A stretch of DNA of 64,000 bases, taken from positions 864,001 through 928,000 of the forward strand of contig OY763927.2 in assembly GCA_963667665.2 (NCBI GenBank), read 5' to 3'. Below the pieces are notes generated by a model. It had not been told where the DNA came from and ran no database searches. It worked only from the letters and a program-made list of their open reading frames with translations. The position numbers and the translations under genes are program-made. Below are positions 62,381-64,000 of the stretch, piece after piece (position 1 is the first letter of the stretch; the number at the start of each line of letters is the position of its first letter). This stretch comes from Nitrosopumilus sp. (GTDB taxonomy: Archaea; Thermoproteota; Nitrososphaeria; Nitrososphaerales; Nitrosopumilaceae).

Positions 62381-63343
62381 GTGAATGAAATACTCAGAGT
62401 AGAACATTTAAAAAAATACTTTATCAAAAAAGGATTATTTGCTTCAAAATCCATAGTAAGAGCAACAGATGATGTTTCATTTTCTCTTAAAAAAGGGGAA
62501 GTTTTTGTGTTAGCCGGTGAATCAGGTTCTGGAAAGTCAACTATAGCAAAATTAATCTTAAAATCAATTGAACCAGATTCTGGAAAAATTTTTTTCGAAG
62601 ATCTTGAGATCAATAATGAACAAAAGAAGTTAAAAAAAATTAGAATGAATTGTCAGATGATCCACCAAGATCCATATGATTCGATAAATCCAAGAATGAG
62701 AGTTATAGATATTGTATCAGAGCCTCTTGAAATCCACAATGTTGGAAATAAAGATGAAAGATTAAGAAGAGTGATTGAAGTTTTGCACGAAGTAAAATTA
62801 GAGCCTGTTGATGAAATGATAAAGAAATATCCACACATGTTATCAGGAGGTCAAAGACAGAGAGTTGTCTTGGCAAGAGCATTGGCACTAAAACCAAAAA
62901 TAATTCTAGCAGACGAGCCAGTTTCAATGCTAGATGTTTCAATTAGAGCAGAGGTGCTCGAACTAATGCAAGAATTACAGAAAAAATATGACATTTCTTT
63001 TATCTATATCACTCATGATTTGGCAACAGCCAGATATTTTGGTCAAAGAATAGGAATTTTGTATCTAGGTAAAATCGTAGAAATGGGTCCAATTAATCAA
63101 GTTTTAGTAAATCCAAAGCATCCATACACACAAGCACTAATTGATGCAATTTCAGAACCAGACCCAGATAACCTTCACAGAGAGAAGAAAATTCGAATAA
63201 ATGATCCATCAGATGTCGATGTTTATCAAGGATGTAGATTCAGGGCTAGATGTCCTTATGTCATAGAGAAATGTAAAGAAGAACCTAACTTGGAAAAAGT
63301 AGATGACGAGCATTTTGTTGCATGTTATGTAAAACTAGACTAG
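62381..63343 (+). CDS. Oligopeptide ABC transporter ATP-binding protein (DppF/OppF)
   Basis: GESGSGKST, LSGGQRQR, HPYTQAL, CRFRARC. Confidence 0.92.
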   Translation: MNEILRVEHLKKYFIKKGLFASKSIVRATDDVSFSLKKGEVFVLAGESGSGKSTIAKLILKSIEPDSGKIFFEDLEINNEQKKLKKIRMNCQMIHQDPYDSINPRMRVIDIVSEPLEIHNVGNKDERLRRVIEVLHEVKLEPVDEMIKKYPHMLSGGQRQRVVLARALALKPKIILADEPVSMLDVSIRAEVLELMQELQKKYDISFIYITHDLATARYFGQRIGILYLGKIVEMGPINQVLVNPKHPYTQALIDAISEPDPDNLHREKKIRINDPSDVDVYQGCRFRARCPYVIEKCKEEPNLEKVDDEHFVACYVKLD

Positions 63344-64000
63344 GAGTTTCTAACAGAGGGCATTCGTTTATCTTTGTAAGTAACAACATGTGAAACACCA
63401 TTCTTTGGAAAAACACCATAGATCAGTTTTGCTTTTTGTATAACAGAATCTTTTAGAGATACCAAAATAAATTGACTTTCTTTAGATCGTTCCTCTAAAA
63501 TCTTTGCAAGTCTTTTAGAATTTGGAGCATCAAGATGTGCATCAACCTCATCAAACAAGTAAAATGGTGAAGGTTTTAGTTTTTGAAGTGCAAGTACAAA
63601 TACAATTGCAGCCAATGTCTTTTCACCACCACTAATTGAGGTTGATTCTCTTTTTGGTTTATTTGGGAATTGGATTAAATAAGAAATTCCAGAATCAAAT
63701 ATATCATCTTCATTTTGTAATTCTAACCAAGCATTACCATCAGTCATTTTATTGAAAATTAAACGAATTTCTTTATCTACCGTATCAAATGCATCCAAAA
63801 ATGTTTGGCGTTTATCTTTATCAACATCATCAAGGAATTTAATTATTGAATTTCTTTCCTCTTCAAGAGAATTCTTTCTTGTAGACATTGAACGATATCC
63901 GTAAGAGACTTCAAGATATGTTTCAGGAGCTTTAGCATTTAATGCATTAAGGGAATTAAATTCAGCAGTCAATCCCTGGATAATGGGTTCAACATCAAAG
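63340..64000 (-). CDS. smc: Chromosome segregation protein SMC, C-terminal part (runs off the window)
   Basis: ISGGEK, PFYLFDEVDAHLD, QFILVSL. Confidence 0.93.
   Translation of the reverse strand, partial: FDVEPIIQGLTAEFNSLNALNAKAPETYLEVSYGYRSMSTRKNSLEEERNSIIKFLDDVDKDKRQTFLDAFDTVDKEIRLIFNKMTDGNAWLELQNEDDIFDSGISYLIQFPNKPKRESTSISGGEKTLAAIVFVLALQKLKPSPFYLFDEVDAHLDAPNSKRLAKILEERSKESQFILVSLKDSVIQKAKLIYGVFPKNGVSHVVTYKDKRMPSVRNS

Overview
AT-rich archaeal DNA, most consistent with Nitrosopumilaceae (Thaumarchaeota). A giant DUF285/cadherin-repeat adhesin and many broken genes suggest a host-associated (e.g. sponge) lineage, but this is inference. Core genes are confined to the right end (proS, egtB, egtD, an oligopeptide ABC ATPase, the smc 3' end) and to short islets (10.6 kb, 17.2-18.8 kb). 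The remaining ~58 kb is a mosaic accessory region. It holds arrays of secreted proteins with small partner genes, a HEPN gene facing a wHTH-nucleotidyltransferase-TFB fusion, two tyrosine recombinases plus a remnant, and an IS6-like transposon carrying a dead MTase-REase. It also holds an orphan CRISPR array split by gene cassettes, a GC-rich ~8.4 kb adhesin with 16 x 300 bp repeats, a plasmid-like origin region with a VirB4/VirD4-HerA-type ATPase, and a tRNA 3' fragment. The most notable structure is a pair of cargo elements (35.7-41.4 kb and 47.3-56.6 kb) bounded by the same ~54 bp inverted ends. Each carries a CARF-like (DUF6293/Csa3-type)-wHTH regulator whose dyad site abuts or overlaps its own start and sits at a fixed distance upstream of divergent defence-like operons. 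One such operon is three nucleases; another is a catalytically degenerate RM fusion coupled to a HEPN gene; a third is a Cas4-like operon. All family calls come from motif reading by eye, without database searches.
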